Assembly (NCBI GenBank): GCA_951406725.2
Contig: OX597815.1
Coordinates: 45,260,001-45,324,000 of the forward strand
Direction: 5' to 3'
Source: Octopus vulgaris
Lineage: Eukaryota
DNA: 64,000 nucleotides
The position numbers and the translations under genes were made by a program. Positions 1-13,375 of the stretch are shown here, one piece after another. The number at the start of each line of letters is the position of its first letter. Position 1 is the stretch's first letter. The notes beneath the pieces are model-generated. The model saw only the letters and a program-made list of their open reading frames with translations, was not told where the DNA came from and did no database searches.

Positions 1-138
1 CTTGGACTTATTTTATCGACTCCGAAAGGATGAATGGCAAAGTCGACCTCGGTAAAATTTGAACTCAGCACTTAGAGACGGACGAAATACTGTTACGCAT
101 TTTGCCTAGCACGCTAACGAATCTGCCAGCTCGTTGCC
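1..138 (-). mobile_element. tRNA-derived SINE, family A (GGCGGCGAGCTGGCAGAA head), 5' portion
   Basis: Reverse complement has an A-box-like TGGCAGAxTCGTTAG and a B-box GAGTTCAAAT, followed by GTCGACTTTGCC-TTCATCCTTTCGG; more than 15 copies occur in the window. Confidence 0.85.
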
Positions 139-552
139 TTTCTGCGCGACTAATATCGAGTAGTGTTCAGCAGTAAATTGAACAATATTTATATACTCAT
201 AAAAATTAATTACTCTGTTTCATATACTAATTTTAATTCACACAGCATAACATTTGTGACGGTGGTGGGCTGCAATGTTTTTCAGTGTATTGCTTATATT
301 TATTTAGTTTTTTCTCTTACTTCTTGATGTATCCAACAGATTTTACTGATATACAAGCCGTTCATTTTTTGCACCATATATTTAAGCAATAAATCAGGGA
401 ACGAGACAGTCACTAAGTAAATAGATTGCAGCTCTACTACATAATAATAAAAAAAATCAGAAAATAAGAAGAGCCGTCAAACAAACTCTAGATTTCATTT
501 CTAACAATATGTCACATTTCTTGTATTAAGTTAGATTAATGGTCAACGGATA

Positions 553-963
553 ATAATAGAAATATTGATATTTCTAAATCTCTCTAAAGGAGACTACGGC
601 AGCAGTACTGGATATTAATAATTATCGCCAAGCTAACATGGCAGTCCAGGAAAATGGGACGAATGCTGCCGTTGATTAGCTGCAAGAGGCCATCGCCTCT
701 ATGTGACACACAGACGTGTGTCCATTATAACCTTCGAACAGGGGAGGTCAGCAGCTTCCCCTTGCTGGTCTGGCAACCACAGACTAGTTTCCCCTTATCA
801 ATGTGGAGTAGCCGAACCCAGCAGGCGTCGCTGCTGGCCGTCTGTTCGAAGGATTATTTACCTAAATTCACTGGAAAACATCCACTGGTTTTCAAAAATA
901 GAAATATTAAAATTTCTAAACTCTTTAAAGGAGACTACAGCAGCGGTACTGGATATTAATAGT
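553..963 (-). mobile_element. Retrozyme/PLE-pLTR-like non-coding element, 342-nt unit with ~65-bp terminal direct repeat
   Basis: Direct repeat 556-620 / 898-961 (period 342); homologous on the opposite strand to 59059-59480; internal hammerhead motif. Confidence 0.7.
777..806 (-). ncRNA. Minimal type I hammerhead ribozyme remnant (U3-A8 core, stem II deleted)
   Basis: Minus strand CCACA-TTGATAA-GGG-GAAAC-TA-GTC-TGTGG: stem I CCACA/TGTGG, palindromic ACTAGT stem III, GUC site. Confidence 0.6.
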
Positions 964-1121
964 AATGACTTTTATGTCTCGTCGACATTCTTCTATCTTT
1001 TCCTCCTCTGTTATTTCCACTCCTTTGTTGTTATATATAACGTTCTGTAAATTATCGTTCTTTTCCCCGTTTTTCCAGCATTTCTTTAGGAGGCGTCTCC
1101 CTCCTTCAGCAAACCGTTAAA

Positions 1122-1463
1122 TCTTTATATATAAAAGAAAGGTTGCAGTTTAACCAAAACCGGGTATCTTATAGTCGTGATTCATATCAAGCCCTTCTGG
1201 GTATTAGCGCGCGCCTACGATGAGTCTACGATTTAAAAAATAATTTACCATCATTTTTTTCCATTTTAATGCATATTTTTTTTAATATAAGGGAAGTAAC
1301 TCTCTAAAAATGTCTACGATGAGTCAACGATTTTTAAAAAATTTACCATAATTTTTTTTCCATTTTTAATGCATTTTTTGCTATTTTTTTGCTATAACTC
1401 TCTAAAAATGCTTATATAGTTATTTCCCTTACAAACCCGAGCAACGCCAGGCGATACTGCTAG
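1122..1463 (+). mobile_element. Non-autonomous Helitron
   Basis: A|TCTTTATATATAAAAG 5' end; 3' GC-rich hairpin-like CCCGAGCAACGCCAGGCG then CTAG|T; no TSD; internal ~100-bp duplication. Confidence 0.8.
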
Positions 1464-2559
1464 TTTTTTATAATTCTTCTCTTTTAGTTCTATTTCATGG
1501 ACCTGCAGTACCGCCACTGACTGGCCTTTACCGGTCACCGCAGTGTAACTTCCCGTTGGTTTACCTTCCATGACAGTATTATTCCTAATTTAACCCATAA
1601 ATGGGGAAGAAAAAACTAACAGCCAGTTAACAACAGCAATTGCAACAATTCCATTTAATAACGGTTTTAGCAATTCAGCAAATTAACAATGCAATACAAC
1701 AAAACTTACATGGAGCGAAGTCAGTTTAACTCACGTTTAAAGAAAACATCACCAACACCCAAAAATTGCGTTTTTTATTGATTTTTATGTGATATATTTT
1801 TTCCGTTTTCATACGTTTTAATCAAATTATTTTTCTAGTCTGAGAAATAACAGATTTAAATTATTCTCAAAGACTTTGATGATTAATTTTCACTCGAAAT
1901 TTCTTTGCTGGGGAGGGGCCGTTTTAGATTCATTTCATTTTCATAATATTTTAATTAAATAATTTTCTAATGAAAAATGGAAAACAGAAGCATTGTTATT
2001 CAAAAAATAATAATTTTATTATCATGAATAGAGATTGTGTGAAAATTTTGTTTATAATACATTAATTCTTAGACACCAAACTCAGTCTCTAAACTTAACT
2101 GATGAACGCGAATTTCTAGTTACTGCTTGTTATTTTCAGTGCACTCGAGATAATTATTAAAATTTGATTTATTGCATTTTTTCTGTGGCTAGCAGACCCG
2201 GTGATAATTATGAGGATTAAAACTTGTGATGTTCAATAGCATTCATATGGTTTTAAATTGTTTTAACTGCCCGATACCATAGTGAAAAAAGGAACAAAGT
2301 GAAAAACACATACATGCAAACTCTATAATATGTCACTTAAACTTGCATTAATAAAGAGGGGCAAAAATATTTTCCTGTTTTGTTAGCGGTGCTGTTATTT
2401 GTCAGTTTGAGAACCACTCGTCTAAGGCTCGTAGTGGGCTTTGTTCGTGTATTGTTTTTGTCTTGTCCCTCGCTATCATGTAAGTTTTGTAAAAATTTTA
2501 TAATGGCTTTATCATGACCTGTATGGATTTGGTGTGATGTGATGGAGTGATTATGTTGG

Positions 2560-3830
2560 ACGCGTAAAAAGAAAGATTGGCGATGGAAAGAGGTCTTTTG
2601 ACAACGCTTGATTAGACACATAACTTTCGTAGAAGTCTCAGTTGACTTCTCATTGTAAAATATATATTATAAAAAATTTGCCAATACTTAAAAGGGAGAC
2701 CTAAAACATTTTATTAATAAACAGTCCACTTTTGTTGAAAAGTATCCATTTGGTTGGAGAGCGTAAAAGACAGATTCTCTAACTGCAGAAGAAAGCAGGT
2801 AAGTCGAGGTAATTGTGGAAATTCATAATTGAGTATTCTTGCTATTGTTATTGTAATTATAAATCGGAAAACCTTTTATCAATGCAGAATACATGAAAGA
2901 TAAGTTCTTAAATATTGCTGAGCGTTATTTTTTGACATTAACAACAAAAGTGATGTAATTAGTAAAAATGAAAGCAATTTTTCTCTCTGACAAGGAAAAT
3001 CAAAGATAGAGCTTTGATGCATTATCAAATATCATTGAACTGCAAATCAAGGACATTAATTGCGCACCATGATCTGGGAGATCCTGATTGATTGGAAAAG
3101 ATGTATCTTATGGTAGTTATAATGTCATTTAAACTTGCATAGTAAAATTCTTGAAGAGAAAAGAAACACAATTCTGCAGTTGTTAGATGAGGTTTTGGCA
3201 TTTGTGTGCAAATAAAAAATATTTAAAAGAGTGACATCGTGAATGGTAAACTAACATATTGTTCGTCACTTCAAAACAACAACGAAAGAATATCGCTAAA
3301 ACTCATTTACAGGATAAACATGCAAAATAATTCAGTAAAAGATTTGCTGATTTTCAAAAACAAGAATCTATTTTAGAGTTCTCTACAGCGTTCTTTGACT
3401 CTGAAATATCTCCAAGAAATCCATCTATATTTCCAGGGATAATTCAGCCTGATTTTTAGCAAAAAAGAGCCGATATAACTGCTGAAGAATTCGGGATATT
3501 AAAATTTATAATTATACGGAAAGAACTTACTGTAAGAAGTCAACTGTCAGAAGGCCAGAGTTTCCAAAAGTCATAACATAAATGAAACCAAATTGAAATG
3601 ATTCCAAAGTTAGACAAACTATATATGATGCTTGGAAGTCAATTCGTGATAACCATTAACGCAATCAGCATTTTATTTAGTTCAGATCCCCCTATTTGCG
3701 CGAACAAATCTTTTTGCAAATGAATTTAATGAAATCAAAATATTGAACTAAGTTAGCTGACCAAAGCCTATAATCTTGTAAAACCCATGACTGGTGACCA
3801 GCACTATCAAGCAGTTTTGTTATCCAAAGC
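2560..3830 (+). pseudogene. Degenerate hAT (SPIN/GTF2IRD2-like) transposase remnant
   Basis: 3681-3770 translates FRSPYLREQIFLQMNLMKSKY*TKLADQSL, matching the hAT C-terminal motif FGSTYLCEQxFSxMKxxKSKYRSRLTD; boundaries approximate. Confidence 0.6.
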
Positions 3831-4043
3831 ATAAAATCACATTGGATAACAAAATAAAGTTAATTAAATTCATGTTTTTATCTATTCATATTTATAATAA
3901 ATTTACGCAGGTTTGATAATTTCAATTATTGCTAGCTGGCAGATTCATTAGAGCATCGGAATAAATATTGGGTTAGCCAAAAAGTTCGTCCGTTTTTTCC
4001 CTTTGTGCATGCATACACATATCCTCCGTCTCCGTTAGATCAT

Positions 4044-4285
4044 CCTACCAGGGTTTTACTCTCATTCGGCACAGCAATTGCGAGTTGGAAGAGGTCTCAT
4101 GGCAGGCCCCATACCAGATAGCTAAACGTGATTAAGGAAGATCTCAAGAGGCTCGTCGTTACCTTGGAGGATGCAGAGAGGCTGGTACGGGCTCGCCAGC
4201 AATGGAGAGTACCGGGGACCTGGTAGGCTCTATGCATGATGATGTTTCTGGGACCACTAACCTGGGATAACCCCAGCTACATCAA
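4044..4285 (+). mobile_element. 5'-truncated RTE-like LINE 3' end nested in the mariner
   Basis: 10-bp TSD GTTAGATCAT (4034-4043, 4286-4295); translates WKRSHGRPHTR*LNVIKEDLKRL...QWR, the RTE ORF C-terminal GRPxxRWxDxIxxDL motif. Confidence 0.75.
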
Positions 4286-4411
4286 GTTAGATCATGAATC
4301 AAAGCAAGCATACGGCATGCATACATATTAGATACCTGATGCACTAACGTAGTTAGATGCAAACCTGCAATGCGACAGGTTGTATTTTGCATGTTCTAGA
4401 TCGCCCCGAAT

Positions 4412-5364
4412 ATGGAGAAACAAAATGAATATTGTCGACATATGCTTTTTTTATTTTAAAAAACCAGAAAGAAGCAGTAACCTGAACGAAAATATGTGCT
4501 ATGTACAGAGAGAATGCTGTTACAGAAAATGCGTGTCAGAAGTGGTTTTCAAGATTTTTCAGTTCAAAATGTACCTTGCTCTGGTCGGACAACTCAACAG
4601 CAACAAAATGAACGAGTTAGTCGTGACCAACACCCGTTATACGACCAGGACGTTAGTAGATATTCTCCAAATATCCAAATCGAGTGTTGAAAATCATTTG
4701 CATCAACTTTTTCCGTCAGCAGGCTCTGGGTTTCACATCAGTTGAATGCGAAGAATTTGGCCCAATTAATGTCCAGCTGCGATTTGTTGCAAATGCGTGA
4801 AGACAGGGGATGATTTGTTGCAAATGCATGGTGATAGGGGACGAAAATTGGATCGTCTATAACAATGTGAAGGGCATAAGATCGTGGGAAAGTGCAGCGA
4901 TCCAACAGAAACAACCTCCAAAAAGAGGACTTTATCTAAAGATGGTTGTCTCTTACGAACTTCCTCCTACGAACAAGAGCATTAATTTGGATGTGACCAG
5001 CTGAAGAAATTAAATACAGTGATCCACCAGATGCGTCTAACACTTGCTAATCGTAAGGGTATTGTCTTTTATCGCGACAATGACCCAGACCACACGCATC
5101 TTTGCAGATGTTACTGGGTCTTGACATGAAAGTTTTACCTCACCCTCCTTATTCGCCCAACCTTGTGCTTCCAGATTTCCATCTGTTTTGGCTTCTTCAA
5201 AATTCACTGAATGGCAAACCCTCAGCACTGAAGGGGATGTAAAAATTCAGCTGAAAGAGTTTTTCGCCAGTAACGACAGGAAATTCTATAAGCAGAGAAT
5301 AATGGATTTGCCCACAAGATGACAAAAGGTACTGAAACTAAACGACAATTATATCATTGATTAA
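4412..5364 (+). pseudogene. Mariner transposase pseudogene (frameshifts, stops)
   Basis: Motifs IGDENWIVYNN (TGDEKW), DNDPDH (HDNARPH) and PPYSPNLVLPDFHLF (YSPDLAPSDYHLF). Confidence 0.9.
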
Positions 5365-5782
5365 ATAAATAGTTTTTTGTTTAAAACTTTGTGTTATACT
5401 TTCCCTTAAAAATCCAGCGAAATTTTTGGCCACCCCAATATTCCTAACGACAGTTTCTTATCGTTGGAGTCGTGTAACAAATATATATTTGTTAACTTCT
5501 AGATGTTTATAGTAATGAAAACTGAAGTTGTTAGGCAGGGTTATAATGTAACGAAGACCTTTGTACAATGAAATGGTGTTAGCTATGATTGCATTTTTAA
5601 ACGTCTCCGTGAACGGCTGTACTAAACAAAGATAATTTGAAAATGGGTTAAATAATAAAAGCTAAGACCGTGTCAAATAACTTTGTCAAAGAATTACATC
5701 AGAGACCTTGGAAGTGCTATAATACATATAGGACTGATTGACATCGGGTGTGAAACTGCTGTTAACTATCAGTGCTACATAT

Positions 5783-6210
5783 GGCAGCGAGCTGGCTGAA
5801 TCATTTGCGCGACAGACAACCTGCTTCGCGGTATTTCTTCGAGCTTAAGTTTTGCTGCCAAACCTCGTTAAACTCATGCCAAGGTCAACTTTGCCTTTCA
5901 TCCTTTCGGAGCCGAAAATAAAATGTACAGTCAAGAATTGGGGTCGATGTTTGCGAGTATCCCCTCTCCTCCTTGCCTTGTGCCAAAATTGGAACCTGTA
6001 AAGGCGGCGGAAGGCCTGGCTGAATCGTTCCGCGCCAGACAAAAATGCTTAGCTGCATTTCTTCCGGCTTTACATTCTGAGTTCAAATTCCGCCGCAGTC
6101 GACTTTGCCTTTTATTCTTTCTGGGTCGATAAAATAACTACCAATTAAGTGCTGAAGTTGATGTAATCGAGTAGATACCCCACCTCAAAAGTTCTGCTCT
6201 TGTGCCTATA
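5783..6210 (+). mobile_element. Two tandem SINE family A copies
   Basis: Heads at 5783 and 6003, each followed by the family A core. Confidence 0.8.
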
Positions 6211-7312
6211 GTTCTACCTGTGATGCAGAAGTAGTCTCCGCGATGCAGCGATAGTGTAATATTTTATTAGGTAGCCTGTAAGATTGAAGTTTTGCTGAAA
6301 AAAGTACTCCACGATTTTAGTCCTAAGATGTGGATAAGTGGAAGAATTCGTTTATATGGAGAAGAATGGTGTATGCAGTGTGGTTTTATTTAAGGAGAAC
6401 CCAGCTGACACATCAGTTATTTCAAAATATTAATAAGATTTGATACAATTTTCAACCACTTGTAGCAGCAGTAGCATCTCATTAAAAACACTTCGTAACA
6501 TCATTAGCAAAAGAAACAGCAGTGTTCCTATTATTAACGAGAAAATAATGATGAAGGCGTCCTGTCGTCGTCATCATCAGCAGCAGCAGTAGCAGTAGTA
6601 GCAACTTTAGAACAGGCGTCAAAACAACGACAACCAAAGGAAAAGGGTAGTTTGCTATTAACACCGGGCGATATTAACAAATATATTTCTAAATTTGTCC
6701 TTGCAGAAGTTTCTCAACTTGTGTGCTAAATCGTGCCATGAAGATGACAAAGTAAGATTTAAAAAAAAAAAACCTTGAAACATATGCCTAACAAAGTGAC
6801 ACGGTGTATGCAAATTAATCACTGCTGTCACGTCTTGACACACATGGTAGGCCGGTCCCGTGGTCTACACGCAGTTTTATATAGATGTCTTCGTTAAGTG
6901 CTTACATATGTTGGTCGGCGCCATTTGGTCGTTGACACTAGTTTAGAATGTACGGATTTATTTATTTATTCGTTCATTCATTTCGTTTCTTTCATTATTA
7001 ACACACACATACGTGTGCACTGTATTTGTCCTTGTGTTCAAACCTTTCTTATTTCTGTGTCTCTCTCTGAACGGAGGATATCTCAGCGGTGGCTGTAATT
7101 AGGTATGTTGTAATGGATATTGATTGATGCCTGTTAGATCCTTTTATATCCGCCTGATGTCCCGTAATCTTAAACTATGATGTATACATACAAGCTAACA
7201 CGAGAATATGTTTGTGTACATACGGATTTACCATGTAATATATACTGTATACATATCCATAAATCATGTACTTTTATATGTCCTTTTATATATGTGTATG
7301 TACGTGCTAGTG

Positions 7313-7360
<48 letters not shown>

Positions 7361-7394
7361 CATAAGTATATATATATATATATATATACATAAG

Positions 7395-7426
<32 letters not shown>

Positions 7427-7468
7427 AGTATATATATATATATATATATATAAAAATATATATACATA

Positions 7469-7642
7469 TGCGTAGCCGTATTTCGTCTGCCGTTACGTTC
7501 TGAGTTCAAACTCCGCCGAGGTCGACTTTGCCTTTCATCCTTTCGAGGTCGATAAATTAAATACCAGTTACGCACTGGAGTCGATTTAATCGACTTAATC
7601 CGTTTGTCCCCTCTGTGTTTAGCCCCTTGTGGGTAGTAAAGA

Positions 7643-7646
<4 letters not shown>
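7469..7646 (+). mobile_element. SINE family A, 5'-truncated young copy
   Basis: Near-identical to 49045-49275 copy; ends GTAGTAAAGAAAT. Confidence 0.85.
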
Positions 7647-7681
<35 letters not shown>

Positions 7682-7868
7682 CATACATATACATATGTAT
7701 ATATACATATACATATGTATATATACATATGCATATGTATATATACATATACATATGTATATACACATATACATATGTATATACACATATACATATGTAT
7801 ATACACATATACATATGTATATACACAAATACATATGTATATACACATATACATGTATACACATATAC

Positions 7869-7904
<36 letters not shown>

Positions 7905-8060
7905 GCATATATATATATATATACGCACATACATATATATACACATACATACATATACACACATATATATATATATATATGCACATATATATATACAAAT
8001 ACATATATACATATATATACATATACATATATACACACATATATATATGCCTATATATAT
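7647..8060. repeat. Compound (TA)/(CATA) microsatellite with ~20-bp higher-order units
   Basis: ATATACACATATACATATGT units repeated at 7680-7880. Confidence 0.95.
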
Positions 8061-8074
8061 TATTTCTATGTGGC

Positions 8075-8535
8075 GGCGCAATGGCCCAGTGGTTAGGGCA
8101 GCGGACTCGCGGTTTCGATTCCCAGACCGGGCATTGTGAGCGTTTATTGAGCGAAAACACCTAAAGCTCCATGAGGCTCTGACAGAGGGTGCTTACTCTT
8201 TCACCACAACTTTCTCTCACCCTTTCTTCCTGTTTCTGTTGTACCTGTATTTCAAAGGGCCAGCTTTGTCATACTCTGTGTCACGCTGAATCATCCCGAG
8301 AATTACGTTTAGAGTCCACGTATCTGTGGAGTGCTCAGCCACTTGCTTATTAATAAATGAGCTGCGACGTCACAGGTGCCAAGCTGTATCGGCCTTTGCC
8401 TTTCCCTTGGATAACATCGGTGGCGTAGAGAGGGGAGGCTGGTATGCATGGGCGACTGCTGATCTTCCATAAACAACCTTGTCTCGGAGGGTAACTTTCT
8501 AGGAGCAATCCCATGGGCATTCATGACCGAAGGAG
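8075..8535 (+). mobile_element. tRNA-derived SINE, family B (GGCGCAATGGCCCAGTGGTTAGGGC head)
   Basis: A box TGGCCCAGTGG and B box GGTTTCGATTCC; head shared with 60191 and 10163(-). Confidence 0.85.
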
Positions 8536-9309
8536 GTCACAAAAACAAATATATTTCTATATATATACATATATTATTAGAATATTAGATATGTATGCAT
8601 GTATGTATGTGTATACGTATATATGTATTGTGTATACGTATATATGTATGTATGTATACGTATGTATATGTATGTACGTATCCATACACACACACATAAA
8701 CAGTTGAATTGGATCCTTGAAACCAATCCTATTTCTGATACTATTGAAATATACAAAGTCTTTGAAAATGCAAAAAGTTTTTTGTAAAGGGTTTCCTACT
8801 TTCTCAATTGTATAACAAATAGGTTTGCTTTAAAAGATTCATTTCTGTTTCTTGGGGTCCTCTTAACGCTTTTGTTTTTCTTTCAGGCACCCCCGGTTCA
8901 ATCGTCTCTCTTTCGTTAGTACCGTATTTTCCGGTATACAAGTAGACGTAGCATATAACGTAAACATGTATTGTAAATATTTAAACATCGTCACTATCTT
9001 TTCCAAGTCTATGATCTTATGATGTTGTCTTAGTGTATAAGTCGACCTCGCTTTTTAAATTTTAAGCCGAAGATCTCGACGTGTATGCTGGAAAATTTGT
9101 TAATAATGTCTCCACCTCAATTCCACCACACACCATCACGGCAGTCCTTCTTCGACACATTGCAACCTTTTACTGTTGCTTCATGCCCATGTTTTTCCTA
9201 CAGCTGTCAACATACAAACTGTACAAGAGCAATACTGGCCGCACCAATCTAGCAAGTTTGAACAATAATCGTCGTATTTTGATCATGTAATAATTTTCGC
9301 CAATACATA

Positions 9310-9520
9310 TTGGTTTCAAATTTTGGCACAAGACCAACAAGTTCGTGAGAGGGGATAAGTCGAATACATTCACCCCAGTACTCAACTGGCACTTATTTTA
9401 TAGACCTCCTAAAGGATGAAAGCAAAGTCGACCTCGGTGGAATTTCAACTCAGATCATAAAGACTGACGAAATGTCGCTAAGCATTTTGCCCGGCTTGCT
9501 TGTGATTCTGCCAGCTCGAC
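9310..9520 (-). mobile_element. SINE family A
   Basis: Full reverse-complement match to family A. Confidence 0.8.
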
Positions 9521-9858
9521 ATCTTCTTTCCGAATATTGATAACATTTTAGTTAATATTTTGTTCTGAGGCAGAGGTAGCTTCTCCTTACCTGACATTAA
9601 AAGTGGCGTTTATGTCAGATGTGCCTTTTATTTAAAGAACGATACTTGGTGTTCTCCCTTGGTGAACAACATCCGATAACAAATGTCTGAATTCATAAAA
9701 ACTTTACATAATTGATATTTATTATCACACCATCGTAGTCTAGATACTTTTTTCTGCCGCTCTTGTTTGTGATACATTACGTTGGGTTCTTTTTAATCCA
9801 CTCAAAGTGTAATCTCAATGATGACCCTTCATAAAACTTATACCATCATAATTCGATT

Positions 9859-10164
9859 GTTGTTGTTTGTTCCTTCTCCAGCCATGCCTGGCTCACAGGG
9901 CCGGTTTTCCGGTTTCCTTGGCGAATACGTTCCCCACCTAGACAGGACGGCGATCCGTCGCAGGTGAGCTGCAAGATGCAGTAGGAAAGAGTGAGAGAAA
10001 GTTGTGGCGAGAGAGTCAGCAGAAGTTCACCATTACCTTCTGCCGGAGCTGCGTGGAGCTTAGGTTTTTCGCTCATAAACACACAATCGCCCGGTCTGAG
10101 ATTCGAACTCGCGATTCCTCGACCGTGAGTCCGCTGTTCTAACCACTTGGCCATGTGCCTCCAC
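9859..10164 (-). mobile_element. SINE family B head with V-domain-like body and (CAA)n tail
   Basis: 12-bp TSD CATAATTCGATT (9847-9858, 10165-10176). Confidence 0.85.
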
Positions 10165-10196
10165 CATAATTCGATTACTATTATTAAATCTTACTG

Positions 10197-10412
10197 TTAA
10201 GCAGCGAGCTGGCAGACTCGTTAGCACTCCGGGTAAAATGCTCAGCGACATTTCGCCCGTCTTTACGCTCTGAGTTCAAATACCGCCGGGGTTAATTCTG
10301 CCTTTAACTCTTTTGGGGGTCAATGAAATAAGTATCAGTTGAGCAATGGGGTCGATAAAATCGACTTACCTTCTCCCTCGAAATTGCTGGCCTTGTGCCA
10401 AAACTTGAAACC
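10197..10412 (+). mobile_element. SINE family A
   Basis: Flanked by the ~17-bp repeat ATTATTAAATC(T/C)TACTG. Confidence 0.85.
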
Positions 10413-11003
10413 ATTATTAAATCCTACTGCCATTTTCTGTTGCACGCAGAAGCACGCGTACATACACACATACACACACACTAGCTAGCTAGCTAGATAG
10501 ATAGATGCCGGAGTAGGATGGTTAAAAGTTAAATTTGCTTGAAAATCCAGACGTTCTATTTAGTTCTACTGTATCCCTTCTTGAGCAAGATTATTATACC
10601 ATAATCGAAGGTCGATACATGCATGCGCACATTCCTATATACATAATGGTCGCTTGTCCTTAATTCAATCTTGAAATGAGACACATCAATTATAAACTCT
10701 TCTTTATTTGTCAGGTTCATCTTGGATATATGATAGTACTAAATGGTCAGCTGTATTCGCTAGAAATTAAAAACCACGTTTAGCATGGGTGTTGCGAATC
10801 TGCCTTTAGTAGACGCATGCTCCGAAGGTAAGTGTGTGATATGACAGTATGCTATTTTATTAAGTACGATGAATTAACTGAAGCAGACTAACACCAGAAT
10901 AAGACTTTAACCCAAGCTTTAAGTTTAAATGTCGACGGGTTGAACTTTACTTTTCATTCCATTTAATCCTTACAATAAGTACTCATGCACATAGTATGTG
11001 CAG

Positions 11004-11034
<31 letters not shown>

Positions 11035-11744
11035 TGTGTAAGTGAGTGAGTGAGTGAGTGGATGAAATGAATATTTACAAAAGATTTGTTTGTGGAAATA
11101 AGTATAAAAACATAAAGTATAAAACCTACTTAAATATTCTTTGCAAGCACAACTTTTTGTCTGTGAAGGTAAGTTTCAAATTCGATGCAGAGAGGATGAC
11201 AAAACACTGGTCAAATAAACTATTATAATAACGAGATTAAAAAAAAAATACGGAACCAAACAGAAAACAAACCTATCTAGATAATTTTTAAAAACACTTA
11301 ACAGCGTTCTGAAAGCAGAAGGACAAAAAAATATATAAAAAGAAGACAAACATATAAGGTAAAGGTTGGGGAAAATCTGTGTATAAAAATAACATTTGAG
11401 GGAGACATGTAAATATTTCCCAATGTTTGTGTTTCTAAAATGTCTATCCACTTCAGAGTCGTAGAATGCCAAACCCGTGGTGTCAGTGCATGATGAATAT
11501 CAACTGTTGACAGTCACATAACGGCACCTAGGTGTAAGAGTCTTTGTTTATGCCCATGACATAGGCTTGCCTATCGTATTGTTGGGAAATCTTTGTCTAA
11601 TATATGTATATATAGCCTAAAGCATTGCATAATATATGTGTGTGCGTATATATATATGTATGTATAAAGATATATACGTATAGAGTATTTCAGAAAAGTC
11701 TCTTAAAAGTATCTACTAAAGACTATTAAAAAATGTCTATTAAA

Positions 11745-12080
11745 TTGGGGTGTATTGTTTTCAGTCGTGTTTGTTCGTGGACAAGATGTCTCAACAACCG
11801 CTGGATGAATTCGGATGAAATTTCCAGAGATGTTTGGCCCCGTGACTGGCACGAGTTGATTAGATTTTAAGATCGATCCGGTACTGGACAAGGATTTCGG
11901 ATTATTCATCCTGTTTTTTTTTTTAATTTTTGAGAGCGGTCGGTTTCATTTTTAGTATTCTTGTTTATGAGTGCAGTCGAATTTATTTCAGATATTCTCA
12001 TTTTAAAAATCATCTCCGGCTAATCGTTGAGAGGGCGTTGGTGTTGCCTTGGTGGAAGTTTGCACTCTTTGAGTGCTCGT
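11745..12080 (+). mobile_element. Non-autonomous Crypton-A/HINE-like DNA element
   Basis: Layout GTATTGTTTTCAGTCGTGTTTGTT...ATGAAATTT...GATCCGG...TGCCTTGGTGGAAGTTTGCACTCTTTGAGTGC resembles this metazoan repeat class; classification from memory. Confidence 0.45.
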
Positions 12081-13375
12081 TACAAATATAATACATGCAT
12101 AAAGCAAAAAACACCCAGCAGACCGCAATAGTTAAAAAAGAAATAAAATATTATATTTTAATTTTTACATATATATATGTTAATATAAATCACCTTTACT
12201 AACGACCTTCAATCGACAAAGGAGTCTCTACTTTGTCGCTCGACCTACTGCAGGTAGTAACCAAATTTTCCTTAAATAAAACCCTACCATCTTACACATA
12301 TCAGGTCACATAGATGACACAATACTAAAAATTCCTTTGGGTGTCTTTTGTGAAATTGACTCAGACACGTGGTTGAGGATAATTCGACATTTCGTTACAC
12401 AGCCTATAAATCATGGTTTCTTTCTACCTTTTTGCACTAGTTTGGGAGGCCCTGTAAAAAGATATGGTCGGCTCCTTTTCCTTTATGAAGAAACCCATAA
12501 CTAAAAATCATCTGAACTTCTCAATCACAAGACAAAATAATAATATTAAGTAAATACATCAATGGACTTCAATCCATTTTCGTGCTATGAATTTCATAAC
12601 GAAAATTAGCAAAGTCTCACTCGTATTGTTTGGGATTGGTTACAATATAAAGTCATACCAGAACTTTACAACTTACAAGAAACTTCTACGTGTTTGACCT
12701 ACATGTTTGACCTGCAAGAATTTGTTGCTAAATATCCCTCAGATTACACCCCATCGTCTTTACATAAGAAAGACTCACTAGATACATTGTGCTCGAAATA
12801 AAAAAAACATTGAAAACCGGTCAAATGATGAAATATCAATAAAACAAAAACGAACAGAACGAACAATGTTTTAGTAGTCCGTGCCTAGTCATCGACTGAC
12901 ATCCTACGTGCCATAGATCTGTTTGTTCCACAAAGGCTAGCCTGAACTTAACATCAACAACAATAGAAATAATACTTTTTATTGATTTGAGATATTTCAT
13001 AGAACACATTTTATGTATTTTTTTATTTAAAATTTATTCACACACATATATTGTGTGTGTGTGTGTGTCTTTGTGCAATCTTAGTTTACATCGTTTTTTT
13101 TTAATGATTTTATTTGCTCCATTTGCAACATCCTTATGATTGGACGAATCAGTTGAGCGTCGAACAAACCATCTTGAGGAATTCAATTACGCTCCTTTAT
13201 GTTTTGTGTTCAAATCCCACCAGTTCAGTGTTATCATTTATCCTACAAAGGGTTCCCTGTAATGACTTCGATATTATCGACTAAACCTCTTGAATGTAGC
13301 GCACTCGATCACTAAAACAAGTAGCAGTCTGGTGTTGAATTCTCAGATTTAATTTTTAAAAATATGCAATGATTA

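Larger units (their letters stand above)
3968..5438 (+). mobile_element. Mariner (Tc1/mariner) DNA transposon, degenerate
   Basis: TA TSDs at 3966-67 and 5439-40; imperfect TIRs TTGGGTTAGCCAAAAAGTTCG / CGAAATTTTTGGCCACCCCAA. Confidence 0.9.

Noticed and set aside
7170-8164. Long YI/CV/HT-repeat ORFs (also 27391-28234, 34224-35898, 47476-51084, 52564-54002, 55998-57537)
   Set aside because: Translations of stop-free dinucleotide and tetranucleotide microsatellites in all frames; not genes
10750-11175. Strong splice donors AAG|GTAAGT at ~10828 and ~11169
   Set aside because: No convincing upstream acceptor or recognisable coding exon; a host gene cannot be supported
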